Part shown: one piece after another, positions 12,084 to 23,084 of the stretch | Position numbering within the stretch: position 1 is the first letter of the stretch | Layout of the letters: each line of letters begins with the position of its first letter | From: Candidatus Saccharimonadota bacterium | GTDB lineage: Bacteria; Pseudomonadota; Gammaproteobacteria; Enterobacterales; Enterobacteriaceae | DNA: 32,000 nucleotides | NCBI GenBank assembly: GCA_015134435.1 | Contig: CP043989.1 | Span: 1 to 32,000, forward strand | Reading direction: 5' to 3' | Notes under the pieces: generated by a model | Databases searched by the model: none | Told to the model about the DNA's origin: nothing | The model's input: only the letters and a program-made list of their open reading frames with translations | Translations under genes and position numbers: made by a program

Positions 12084-12261
12084 ATAATTTGTTTAATAAT
12101 AATAATTTCTTTAACATGTTTGAAAACCCAGGTAATTTATTATAATATATTTTTATAAATTAAACAATATAATTTTATAATATATTTATATAATTTATAA
12201 ATTATATTAATTTAAATATTTTATTATATATTTATTTATTTTATTATTTAAAGGATATAAA

Positions 12262-14136
12262 ATGATTTTTGATATTATAATAGTTGGTGGAGGTCATGCA
12301 GGTATAGAAGCAAGTTATATATCTTCAAAAATAGTTAAAAATGTATTATTAATTACTTATAATAAAAATAATATAGGAAGTATATCTTGTAATCCTTCAA
12401 TTGGTGGATTAGGAAAAAGTCATTTAGTAAAAGAGATAGATGCTTTAGGTGGATTAATGGCTAAATTAACAGATTTATCTGGTATACAATATAAAATTTT
12501 AAATTTAAGTAAAGGTAAAGCTGTACAATCTACTAGAGTACAAATTGATAAAAAAATATATAAATATTATTCTAATTATATTATAAATAATATTAAAAAT
12601 ATTACTATTTATGAAGATGAAGTTATAGATTTAATAATTGATAATAATACTGTAAAAGGAGTTATAACTAATAAAAAAAAAATATATAGTGATGTAGTTA
12701 TTCTTACTACAGGAACTTTTTTAAATTCTAAAATATTTATAGGTAAAAAAATTAAAAAAGGTGGTAGAATAAATGATCATTGTTCAGAAAAATTATCTGA
12801 ATTTTTACAAAAATATCCATTTAAATTTGGTTATTTAAAAACTGGTACTCCACCAAGAATATATAAAAAATCAATAAATTATAAATATTTAAAAAAACAA
12901 AAAAATGATAATATAAAATATATTTCTTTTTTTAGTAATTTAAAAAAATATAATAGATTACCACAAATAAAATGTTATATAACATGTACTAATAAAAATA
13001 CTCATAAAATAATAAAAGATAATTTAAAATATAGTCCCTTATATAATGGTAAAATAATTGGTAAAGGACCAAGATATTGTCCTTCAATAGAAGATAAAAT
13101 AATTAATTTTCCTGAAAAAAATAAACATAATATATTTTTGGAAAAAGAAGGATTATTTAGTAATATAATATATCCAAATGGGATATCTACTAGTTTACCT
13201 ATTAATATTCAAAATAAATTTATAAAAACTATTTATGGATTAGAAAACGCTAAAATAATTAAACCAGGTTATGCTGTTGAATATATGTTTTTTAATCCTA
13301 TAAAATTAAATTTAACATTAGAAAGTAAAATAATAAAAAATTTATTTTTTGCTGGACAAATTAATGGTACTACTGGATATGAAGAAGCAGCAGTTCAAGG
13401 ATTAATAGCTGGTATAAATGCTTCATTAAAAATTAAAAATAAACCATCTTTTATACCTAAAAGATTAAATTCATATATAGGTGTTTTAATAGATGATTTA
13501 TGTAATAGAGGAATTGATGAACCATATAGAATGTTTACTTCAAGATCAGAATATAGATTATTTTTAAGAGAAGATAATGCTGATTATAGATTAACTCCAT
13601 ATGGATATAAATTAAAATTAATAAATAAAAAAAAATGAAAATTTTTTTTAAATAAAATTAATATTATAAAAAAAAATTATATTTATTTTAGAAATAAAAG
13701 TATTTTTTTTAATAAAATACCTAAAAAAATAATTAAAAAATATTTTTTAAATAAATATTTAAAAAAAAAAATAAGTATAAAATCTTTAATATGTAATTAT
13801 TTTATATCTTTAAAAAAAATTATAAATAATTTTAATTTATTTAATAAAATTAAAAATTGTTTTTTAGAAGAAACTGAAATACTTATTAAATATGAAGATT
13901 ATTTAAATAAACAAAAAGAAGAAATAAATAAATTAAATTTTTATAAAAAAATAATAATACCTAATAATATTAATTATAATTTAATTCCAGGATTATCTAA
14001 AGAAATAAAAGAAAAATTAATAAAATATAAATTAAAATATTTATGTGATATATATAAAATTTCAGGTATAACTCCAGCTTCAATTATTTCAATTTTAATA
14101 TATATTAAAAAAAATAAAAATAATTATTTATTATAA
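12262..14136 (+). CDS. mnmG: tRNA uridine-5-carboxymethylaminomethyl modification enzyme MnmG (GidA); needs TGA=Trp
   Basis: The N-terminal FAD motif is DIIIVGGGHAGIEA, with SCNPSIGG also present. TGA at 13636-38 is read through. The C-terminal part is IKYEDYLNKQ...GLSKEIKEKL...ISGITPASI, and TAA lies at 14134-36. Confidence 0.93.
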
Positions 14137-14570
14137 TTTAATAATTAAATATATAATTTATTATTTTAAATTAAATATATATATTATTTTTATTTATTTT
14201 TTTTTAAATTTATTATATAATATTTATAAATTTTAATTATTTTTATTTTTTAAATAAAAGTTTATAAAAATATTATTTTTTATTTTTTTTTATAATATTT
14301 TTAAATTTTATTAAATTTTTATATAATTTAAAATATTATTAATAATATATTAATAAAAGTTTTAAATTAATTTTATAAATAATAATAAAATATTTTATTA
14401 TTTATAAATAATAAATTATTTATTTTTTTTGTTAAATATATTTATTTTTTTATATTTATAAAAATAAATATTTTATTTTATTTATATTAATTATTTTATA
14501 TATAAATTTTTTTTAAAATATATTTATAATAAAAAAAAATAGTATTATGAATTTTTATATAATTTATTAT

Positions 14571-14642
14571 GGGGTTATAGCTCAATGGTAGAGCATCTGT
14601 TTTGCAATCAGAAGGTTAGCGGTTCAAATCCGCTTAACTCCA
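14571..14642 (+). tRNA. tRNA-Ala (UGC)
   Basis: Manual cloverleaf: GGGGTTA TA GCTC AATGGTA GAGC A TCTGT TTTGCAA TCAGA AGGTT AGCGG TTCAAAT CCGCT TAACTCC A. The G3-U70 identity pair is present. Confidence 0.85.
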
Positions 14643-14644
14643 TT

Positions 14645-14717
<73 letters not shown>

Positions 14718-14731
14718 ATTTTTTTTTATAA

Positions 14732-14815
14732 GGTGGAATTCCTGAGTGGTTAAAAGGGACAGACTGTAAATCTGTTGTTATAATAACTTCGAAGGTTCGA
14801 ATCCTTCTTCCACCA
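14732..14815 (+). tRNA. tRNA-Tyr (GUA), long variable arm
   Basis: GGTGGAATTCCTGAGTGGTTAAAAGGGACAGACTGTAAATCTGTTGTTATAATAACTTCGAAGGTTCGAATCCTTCTTCCACCA is colinear with E. coli tRNA-Tyr as I recall it. Confidence 0.88.
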
Positions 14816-14817
14816 TT

Positions 14818-14888
14818 GCGAGTATTTTATAAAGGTATTATTTTAGCCTTCCAAGCTAAAGATACGGGTTCAAATCCCGTTACTCGCT
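14818..14888 (+). tRNA. tRNA-Gly (UCC)
   Basis: In GCGAGTA...TTAGC CTTCCAA GCTAA AGAT ACGGG TTCAAAT CCCGT TACTCGC T, the D-arm is all A/T. The Thr-Tyr-Gly order resembles the E. coli thrU-tyrU-glyT cluster. Confidence 0.8.
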
Positions 14889-17438
14889 TTTAAAAAATAT
14901 ATAAATATTATTTATAATAATAATTGGTTTTATATTTTTATATATATATAAAAAATTTTTTTTATTAAAATAAAAAATATTATTTATATTTATTATTTTA
15001 AATAAATATTTATTTTTTATTAAAATATTTTTATAATTTAAATTTAAATTTAAAATAAATAATATATTTATTTTTTTTATTTTTTTTATTTTTATGAAAT
15101 TTCTTAAAAAACATATAATTTTTTTAAATATTTTAAATATTGAATTATAAATTTTAAAATTATTTAATTTATATTTTATATTTGGAAATTTTTTATTTAA
15201 AATTGAATTTTTATAATTTTTTTTTCATATATATTCTGTAATGAATGGTGTTATAATATGTGATATTTTTAAAAAATTATTAATTATATATTTTAAAAAT
15301 AATTTATTATGTTTATTTATTAATTTTAATTTATTAGATTCAATATATCAATCACAAAAATAATTTTTTAAAAATTTAAAAATATTTTTACATAATAAAT
15401 TAAATTTAAATAATTTTATATTTTTTTTAAAATTAATAATTAATTTATTAAATTTATATAATATTCATTTTTCTATTAAAAATAATTTATTTATATTTAT
15501 TTTTTTTTTTATATAATTTTTATTTATTTTTATTATTTTAAATATATATATACATATATTTCATAATTTATTACAATAATTATAAGAATGTATTAATTTA
15601 TTATTATTAAAATTTATTTTTAATGTAGATGTGTATATTGATGTTAAATAAAATCTTATTGTATCAATACGATTAGGTTTTATACCTTTTGGAAAAAATT
15701 TTTTTGTATTTTTAATAATTTTATTTATTTTTTTATTTTTAATTAAATTTTTTATTCTTTTTTTTATTAATTTTTTTAATGATATTCCATATATTAAATC
15801 TTTTATTTCTATTACATTTCCTAAAGATTTAGACATTTTTTTTCCATTTTCATCTCTTATTAAACCAGTTATAAAAATTTTTTTAAAAGGTATTTGAGGT
15901 ATATTATTTTTTTTTATTAAATATAATGACATTATAATCATTTTACAAATTCAAAAAAAAATAATATCAAAACCACTTACTATTAAATTTAATGGATAAA
16001 ATTTATTTAATATATTTTTTTTATTTGGTCAACCTAATAAAGTAAAACTTCATAATGAAGAAGAAAATCATGTATCTAAAATATTTTTGTCTTGTTTTAA
16101 TTTTTCATTTTTTATATTAGGATATTTTTTTTTTATATAATTTACATTATATCCAGCATATTGATTTTTTTTTTTATCATATCATATAGGTATTCTATGT
16201 CCTCAATATATTTGTCTAGATATACATCAATCTTTTGTATTATTTATTCAATATAAAAATAATTTTTTATATTTTTTTGGAAATATTAATATTTTTTCAT
16301 TTTTTATATATTTTATAGCTTTTTTAGATAAAATAGATGTTTTTATATATCATTGATTAGTTAATATAGGTAAAATAATACAATTTGTTTTATTACTATA
16401 TTTTATTTTTGAATATTTATTTTTTATTTTTTTAATAATTTTTTTTTTTTTTAAAAAATTAATTATATTTTTTCTTACTATTAAATAATATTTTTTTTTG
16501 ATTCATTTTAAATTTTTAAATTTTAAATATTTTGTTTTTTTTTTTTTATAATTATATAATTTTATTTTTTTTATAAAACCGTTTTTATTAAATATATCAA
16601 TTATATTTAATTTATTTTTTTTTACAAAATTTAAATCTTTATTATAATAATTTGGTAATATTTTTATATTTTTATTTTTATTAATTTTTTTATTAAATAT
16701 TAATTTTATTAATTTATTTGTAATTGGATTTATTACAAATTTATTTTTATATTTAATATTATTAATAATTATAGCTGTAATACTTAATATTTTTTCTGGT
16801 TTAGTTGTTTTTAATATTATATATTTATTTTTTTTAAAAATTTTAAATTTAATAAAATAATTTTTTACAATTTTTTTTTTAATATTAATTTCTAGATTAG
16901 ATAATGAATTTTTTATTTTTTTATCTCAATTAATTATTTTTTTTTTTTTATATATTAAATTGTTATTATATAATTTTATAAAAGCTTTTTTTACAGAATA
17001 ATTAAAATTTTTATCTAAAGAAAAATATGTTTTTTTTCAAAATATCGAACTACCTATTAATTCTGTTTGTTTATTTATTTTTTTTTCATATTTTTTTTTT
17101 CATTTTCATAATTCTTTTATTATATTTTTTTTTGATATATTTATATTTTTTTTTTTTAAATAATTTTCTACTAAAATTTGAGTTATTATTCCTGCATGAT
17201 CTGTACCCATTAATCATAATATATTTTTATTTTTCATTTTATTATATCTTACTATTATATCTATAATAGTTTGTTGAAATGCATGTCCTATATGTAAATT
17301 ACCTGTAATATTAGGAGGAGGCATAATAATAGAAAAATTTTTTTTATTATTTTTATTTTTTGGATTAAAGAATCCTTTATTTTTTCAATAATTATATATT
17401 TTTTTTTCTTTATTAAATAAATTATATTTTTTATTCAT
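14880..17438 (-). CDS. valS: Valyl-tRNA synthetase; needs TGA=Trp (about 20 in-frame TGAs)
   Basis: I translated the full frame by hand from ATG 17438 to TAA 14880-82 (852 codons) with no TAA/TAG. Motifs seen: [101 protein letters not shown] and [12 protein letters not shown]. It lacks the C-terminal coiled coil of the E. coli enzyme. The track shows only the fragment 15561..15941. Confidence 0.93.
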
Positions 17439-17683
17439 ATATTTTTATTATAAATATTAAATTTATTAATAATTAAAATTTTTATAAAAATAATATATAT
17501 TTATAAAAATAAATTAATATTTTTTATTTTTAATAATATATTTTAAATTTTAATAACATTTTATTTATTATATTTTATATATTTATTAATTTTTTTATAA
17601 ATTAATTATTAATAGTATATAAATATATATTAATATTATATAATTTTATTTTATAGTTTTAAATTATATTAATAAATAATTTT

Positions 17684-18238
17684 ATGATAAATATTAAAAA
17701 TATATTTTTTATTGGTAATAATATAGTTTATTTAAATGAACCTTATAAAATAAAATATTTAGATTTTATTAAACCTGGAAAAGGAAATTCTTTTATAAGA
17801 ACTAAAATAAAAAATTTAATTACTAAAAAAATAATAGAAAAAAATTTTAAATCATTTAATAATATAAAGAAAGCTAATATTTTTATTGATAAATATGAAT
17901 ATATTTATAAATTTAAAAATAATTGATTTTTTATTAATAAAAAAAATTTTAATCAAATATTTTTAAATGAAAAAATTATTTTAAAAAATAAATATTTAAT
18001 ATGTAATAATAATATATATAATATTGTTTTTTGAAATAAAAAACCTATAGATATAAATATACCAAAATATATTATTATTAAAGTTAATTTAATTAAAAAT
18101 AATATAGAAAAAAAAATAAAAAATAAAATAGCTATATTAAGTACTGGTTTAGAAATAAATGTACCTAACTTTATAAATTCTGGTAATTTAATTAAAATAA
18201 ATACAAAATTAAAATGTTATATTTCTCGTATTAAATAA
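17684..18238 (+). CDS. efp: Elongation factor P; needs TGA=Trp
   Basis: KPGKGNSFIRTKIKNL matches E. coli KPGKGQAFARVKL. TGA 17924-26 and TGA 18032-34 align with the two E. coli Trp positions (EFWHF, TLWNG). TAA lies at 18236-38. Confidence 0.9.
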
Positions 18239-18239
18239 T

Positions 18240-18464
18240 TTATATTAAATATATATTATTTAATTCTGGAAAATTTATTTTTAATTTATTTAAAATTATA
18301 TTTATAAATATATTTTTTTTTTTGTTACAAAAATTACAATTTTTTGTAAATTTTAAAAATATATCATTTTTTTTATTTAATTTTATTTTTATATTATTAT
18401 TACATAATATATTTATATTTTTTTTAATAAATTTTTTAATTTTATTTAATAATTTATTATTCAT
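18240..18464 (-). CDS. nfuA: Stand-alone Nfu-type Fe-S cluster carrier domain (NfuA C-terminal domain only)
   Basis: A 74-aa ORF. FTKNCNFCNKKKNIFINIILNKLKINFPELNNI aligns with E. coli NfuA [32 protein letters not shown], sharing the CxxC motif and FPEL. There is no room for the N-terminal A-type domain, because tRNA-Trp lies 37 nt upstream. Confidence 0.6.
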   Translation of the reverse strand: MNNKLLNKIKKFIKKNINILCNNNIKIKLNKKNDIFLKFTKNCNFCNKKKNIFINIILNKLKINFPELNNIYLI

Positions 18465-18501
18465 ATTTTATTTTTTTATTTAAATTAATTTTTTATAAAA
18501 A

Positions 18502-18574
18502 CAGGGGTAGAAGGATTTGAACCCTAACCTATGATTTTGGAGACCATCGTTCTACCAGATTAAACTATACCCCC
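18502..18574 (-). tRNA. trpT: tRNA-Trp (CCA anticodon) with U11-A24 D-stem pair
   Basis: Manual cloverleaf: GGGGGTA TA GTTT AATCTGGTA GAAC G ATGGT CTCCAAA ATCAT AGGT TAGGG TTCAAAT CCTTC TACCCCT G. The discriminator is G73, as in E. coli tRNA-Trp, and the sequence is colinear with it. The T-stem has one mismatch and one G-U pair. Confidence 0.8.
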
Positions 18575-18581
18575 TTTTTTA

Positions 18582-18653
18582 TAGGTCTAAGAAGATTTGA
18601 ACTTCTGACCTCACCCTTATCAGGGGTGTGCTCTACCACTGAGCTATAGACCT
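18582..18653 (-). tRNA. tRNA-Ile (GAU)
   Basis: Manual cloverleaf: AGGTCTA TA GCTC AGTGGTA GAGC A CACCC CTGATAA GGGTG AGGTC AGAAG TTCAAAT CTTCT TAGACCT A. It is not embedded in an rRNA operon here. Confidence 0.88.
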
Positions 18654-18798
18654 TTATTATAACTAAAATTATATTATATATTAATATTAATTAATATATC
18701 AATATAATTATTTAAATATAATATATATTAATTTAAATAATTTTATTATAATTATATATAAGAATAAATCAAATTTTATTATATTTTAATATTAAATT

Positions 18799-19143
18799 AT
18801 GAAAAATAATATTTTTAGTAAAATTATTAATAATGAAATAAAAGTAAAAATTATATATAAAGATAAATATGTTACAGCTTTTAATGATATTAATCCAAAA
18901 TCCCCTATACATATAATTATTATACCTAATATATATATAAAAAATTTAAATTATATTATTAAAGATAATATTATTATATTAGGTAGAATGTTATTTATAG
19001 CCTCTAAATTAGCTAAAAAATATAAAATAAATAAAAGTGGATATAGAGTGGTTATTAATTGTAATAAAAATGCTGGTCAAAAAATAAATTATCTACATTT
19101 ACATATTTTAGGTGGTTGTTATTTAGGTGATATAATAAATTAA
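18799..19143 (+). CDS. hinT: HIT-family purine nucleoside phosphoramidase
   Basis: [25 protein letters not shown] and the histidine triad HLHLHILGG are colinear with E. coli HinT. Confidence 0.85.
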   Translation: MKNNIFSKIINNEIKVKIIYKDKYVTAFNDINPKSPIHIIIIPNIYIKNLNYIIKDNIIILGRMLFIASKLAKKYKINKSGYRVVINCNKNAGQKINYLHLHILGGCYLGDIIN

Positions 19144-19147
19144 ATAT

Positions 19148-20848
19148 ATGAGAACAAAAAAATATTTTTTATTTACAAAAAAAGATAATTTAAAAAAAGA
19201 TAAAAATAATATATGTAATTTAATGATTAAAGGAGGTTTAATAAGAAAATTATCTTCTGGAATATATATATGATTACCTAATGGTTTAAAAATTATTAAT
19301 AATATAAATAAAATTATAAAAAAATATATGAATAAATTAAATGGTATAGAATTATATATTCCTATATTACAAAATTCTATATTTTTAAAAAAAAGTAATA
19401 GATATAATTTATATGGTAATGAATTATTTAAATTATATAATAGAAATAATAAAATTTTTATTTTATCACCTACAAATGAAGAAATAATTACTAATATAAT
19501 TTGTAATGAAGTAAAAAATAATTTTTATCCTAAATTTTATTATCAAATACAAAATAAATTTAGAGATGAAATTAGATCTAGATATGGAATTTTAAGATCT
19601 AAAGAATTTATAATGAAAGAAGCTTATTCTTTTCATGATTCTATAGAATGTTTAAATAAATTTTATAAAAATATATTATTAATATATAAAAATATATTTT
19701 ATGATATAGGTTTAGATTTTTTTTGTAAAAAAGCTAAATGTGGTAATATAGGTGGTAAATTATCTCATGAATTTCATACAATTTCTTTTTATGGAGAAAA
19801 TAAAATTTATTATTATAAGTATATTAATAAAATTTTAAATTTTAATTATTTAAATAATAAAAATAATAAAAAATTTTTTAGAAGAATTAAATTAGTAAAT
19901 ATTTCAAAATATTTATTAAAATTTAATTTTAAAAAAATTATAAATGTGAATTTTTTTGTTAAAACAATTTTAATTAAAATATATACAAAAAAAAATAAAT
20001 CATTTATGTTTATATTAATACCATATAAAAAAGAAATAGATTTCAATAAAATATATAAAATTTTTCCTTATATTATTAATATAAAAATTGTAAAAAAAAA
20101 AAAAATATTAAAAAAATTTAATATAAATAATATTTATTTTTTATCTACATTTGGATACTTTTATCAAATTATAGCTGATTTTTCATTATTATATTGAAAA
20201 AATTTTATATTTGGTTCTAATATTAAAAATAGTATTTATTATAATGTAAATTTTTTTAGAGATATAAATGTTAGTGGTTTTTTTAATATATGTAAAAATG
20301 TTTTTATATTTATTAAAAAAAAAAAAAAAATAAAAAAATTTTTTAAATATAAAACTATAGAATTAGCTCATACTTTTAAATTAATGAATTATTATTCTAA
20401 TATTTTTATTAAAAAAAATAAATTAAATAATAAAAAAATATATATGGGTTGTTATGGAATTGGAATTACTAGATTAATTTTTTCTATAATAGAAAAATAT
20501 AAAAATAAAAATAATATTATTTTACCAATTTCTATATCTCATTTTAAAATTGGTATTTTACCAATTAATATGTATAATAATATTAAAGTTTATAATATGT
20601 CATTAAAAATTTATAATTTTTTATTATTTAAAAAAATTAGTGTTTTATTAGATGATAGAAAATTATATATGGGTGAAATGTTAAATGATTTTTATGTCAT
20701 GGGAATACCTAATATTTTAATAATTAGTGATAAAATGTTATCTTTAAATTTATTGGAATTTAAAGATAGATTAAATAATAATATTAAATATATTAATAAA
20801 AATAATATATTTATTTTTTTGGAAAATAAATATAATAAAATTATTTAG
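19148..20848 (+). CDS. proS: Prolyl-tRNA synthetase; needs TGA=Trp
   Basis: MRTKKYFLFT...GLIRKLSSGIYIWLPNG has its W encoded by TGA (E. coli SGLYTWLPTG). Other motifs are FYYQIQNKFRDEIRSRYGILRSKEFIMKEAYSFH, ELAHTFKL and MGCYGIGITR. The track fragments 19328..20197 and 20384..20848 are in the same frame, joined across TGA 20195-97. TAG lies at 20846-48. Confidence 0.92.
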
Positions 20849-22130
20849 TTAATTTTATAATAATAAAATTATTATTTTTTATTTTTCCATATTTTGTAAT
20901 AAAAAAATTAGGACATATAATTGGTTTTTTATTATAAAAAATAATTGGTTTATTTTTTCTTTCTCATGGATATATTTTATATTTTTGTCATATTTTTTTT
21001 ATTTTAATTTTTTTATTTAAATATATAGTTCCTTTATAATTAAATTTTATATATATTATTTCATTTTTATATGGTTTTCTAATTTTATTTTTTTTATTAT
21101 TTCCATTAATTGATAAATAACCAATATTATTTGGTAATTTAATTTTTTTATTAATATTTTTTCATATTATTGTTTTATTTTTATATTTATTTTTATTTTT
21201 TAAAAATATTAAATTTTTATATTTATATATAATAAATTCTTTAAATATTAATTGAAAATATATTTTTTTTATTTTTGTTATTAAATTATTAAATAATAAA
21301 TTTATATTTTTAAAAGATAACATTTTTTTTTTATTAATTTTTATTCATTTTCGTAATATTAATATTCATTGTTGTTTTTTTTTTTTTGATATTTTTTTTA
21401 TATTTAAAGAATTATTATATAATAATATTTTTTTAAATTTTTTTTTTATAAAATATTCTAATAATTTTTTTTGTTTTAAACATATTAAAGATGTTCTTGT
21501 AATACAATTTAAAAAAAATGGTCATTTTTTATAAATTAAAGGTAATATTTTTATTCTAATAAAATTTCTATCAAATTTAATATTTTTATTACTTTTATCA
21601 TTTATTCAATTTAAATTATTTTTTTTTGCATATTTTATTATTATTTTTTTTTTTATATTTAAAAATGGTCTAATTATTATTTTTTTTTTAATTTTTAATT
21701 TTTTTTTTATTCCTGATAATCCATCTAAACCACTTCCACGTTTTATAGATAATAATATTGTTTCACATTGATCATTTTTATGATGAGCTGTTAATAAAAT
21801 TTCTTTATTAATTAAATTTTTTATACATATTTTATATCTTTTTTTTCTAAATTTATTTTGTATATTATTTTTTTTTTTTATATATATATTTTTTATTATT
21901 AAATTTATTTTTCATTTTTTACATATATTAATACAATTTTTTTCTATATTTTTTGATAATTTTGATAAATTATGATTAATATGTATTGCTCTTATATTTT
22001 TATTTTTTATATTATTATTTTGCTTTAAACTATATAAAAGGGTAGTTGAATCTATTCCTCCACTATATGCTATTAAAAATTTTTTATATTTTTTAGATAA
22101 AATATTTATTTTTTTATTAATTATATTCAT
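20841..22130 (-). CDS. tilS: tRNA(Ile)-lysidine synthase; needs TGA=Trp
   Basis: The PP-loop is IAYSGGIDSTTLL. After TGA 21912-14 the frame continues through LLTAHHKNDQCETILLSIKRGSGLDGLSG (E. coli GHHLDDQAETFLLRLxRGSG). I translated by hand to TAA 20841-43, giving 429 aa with about 9 in-frame TGAs. Confidence 0.88.
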
Positions 22131-22223
22131 TTTTTAATGTAAAATTTTTATTATTTTATTTTAAATAAAAATAATATTTTATTGTTTTTAATATTAAATT
22201 ATAATAATATTATATTTAAAGAA

Positions 22224-22296
22224 GGGTTGTTAGCTCAGTTGGTAGAGCAATTGACTTTTAATCAATTGGTCACAGGTTCGAATCCTGTACAACCCA
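22224..22296 (+). tRNA. tRNA-Lys (UUU)
   Basis: Manual cloverleaf: GGGTTGT TA GCTC AGTTGGTA GAGC A ATTGA CTTTTAA TCAAT TGGTC ACAGG TTCGAAT CCTGT ACAACCC A. Confidence 0.9.
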
Positions 22297-22299
22297 TTT

Positions 22300-22590
22300 T
22301 TAATAAATAAAATCTATATGTAATATTTTATTTTTATATGGATGTTTTTGTATATATTTTATTTTAGATTTTATTATTTTATTATTTATTTTTATATAAA
22401 AATAAATTTTTTTATTTTTTTGATATTTTAATATTTTATTATATATATCATTATGGTTAATATTAATTAATATATTATTTTTATTTTTACCATATATTAT
22501 TGCTGGTATTATATTTTTATTTCTTAATTTTTTATTATAATTTGATCCTGTTTTTTTTCTATATTTTGCTTTTAATTTTATTTTTTTCAT
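22300..22590 (-). CDS. rplY: 50S ribosomal protein L25
   Basis: A 96-aa ORF. KLRNKNIIPAIIYG...IQKHPYKNKILHIDF aligns with E. coli L25 (RLRAANKFPAIIYG...VQRHPYKPKLQHIDF). Confidence 0.88.
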   Translation of the reverse strand: MKKIKLKAKYRKKTGSNYNKKLRNKNIIPAIIYGKNKNNILININHNDIYNKILKYQKNKKIYFYIKINNKIIKSKIKYIQKHPYKNKILHIDFIY

Positions 22591-22636
22591 TTTATTTTAT
22601 TAATTAAATTAATTATTTATATTTTTTATAAATATT

Positions 22637-22681
<45 letters not shown>

Positions 22682-22703
22682 TATTTATTTAAAATAATAA
22701 ATT

Positions 22704-23084
22704 TTATTTACTAATAATAACTATAGCTTGTGTATATTTTTTTTCATCACTAATACTTATATATTTATTATTAGCTTTTTTTTTTTTAAATATTTTTAAA
22801 GCATTTTTTAAAAATTTTATTTTTGGTTTACCTAATTTATTATGATAAATTTCAAAATTTTTAAAATTTATTTTATTTTTCATTCCTGTTCCTAATGCTT
22901 TTGATGCTGCTTCTTTAGAAACAAATTTTTTAGCTAAATAATTTATTTTATTTTTTTTTTTTTTGTATTCTAATAATTCTTTTTTTGTAAGTATTTTTTT
23001 ATGAAAATTAGTGTTTTTATTATTATATATTTTTTTAATTCTTTTATTTTTTATTATATCTATACCTATTCCTATTATATTCAT
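22704..23084 (-). CDS. acpS: Holo-[acyl-carrier-protein] synthase
   Basis: IIGIGIDII...LAKKFVSKEAASKALGTG...LGKPKI is colinear with E. coli AcpS. Confidence 0.88.
   Translation of the reverse strand: MNIIGIGIDIIKNKRIKKIYNNKNTNFHKKILTKKELLEYKKKKNKINYLAKKFVSKEAASKALGTGMKNKINFKNFEIYHNKLGKPKIKFLKNALKIFKKKKANNKYISISDEKKYTQAIVIISK

Noticed and set aside
12084-12261. A possible oriC next to mnmG (gidA), including the odd G/C patch gaaaacccaggtaa at about 12122-12135
   Set aside because: I could not find DnaA-box-like 9-mers (TTATCCACA or close variants) or a repeated 13-mer pattern. The spacer is only 178 bp and must also hold two divergent promoters. There is not enough evidence to call an origin.
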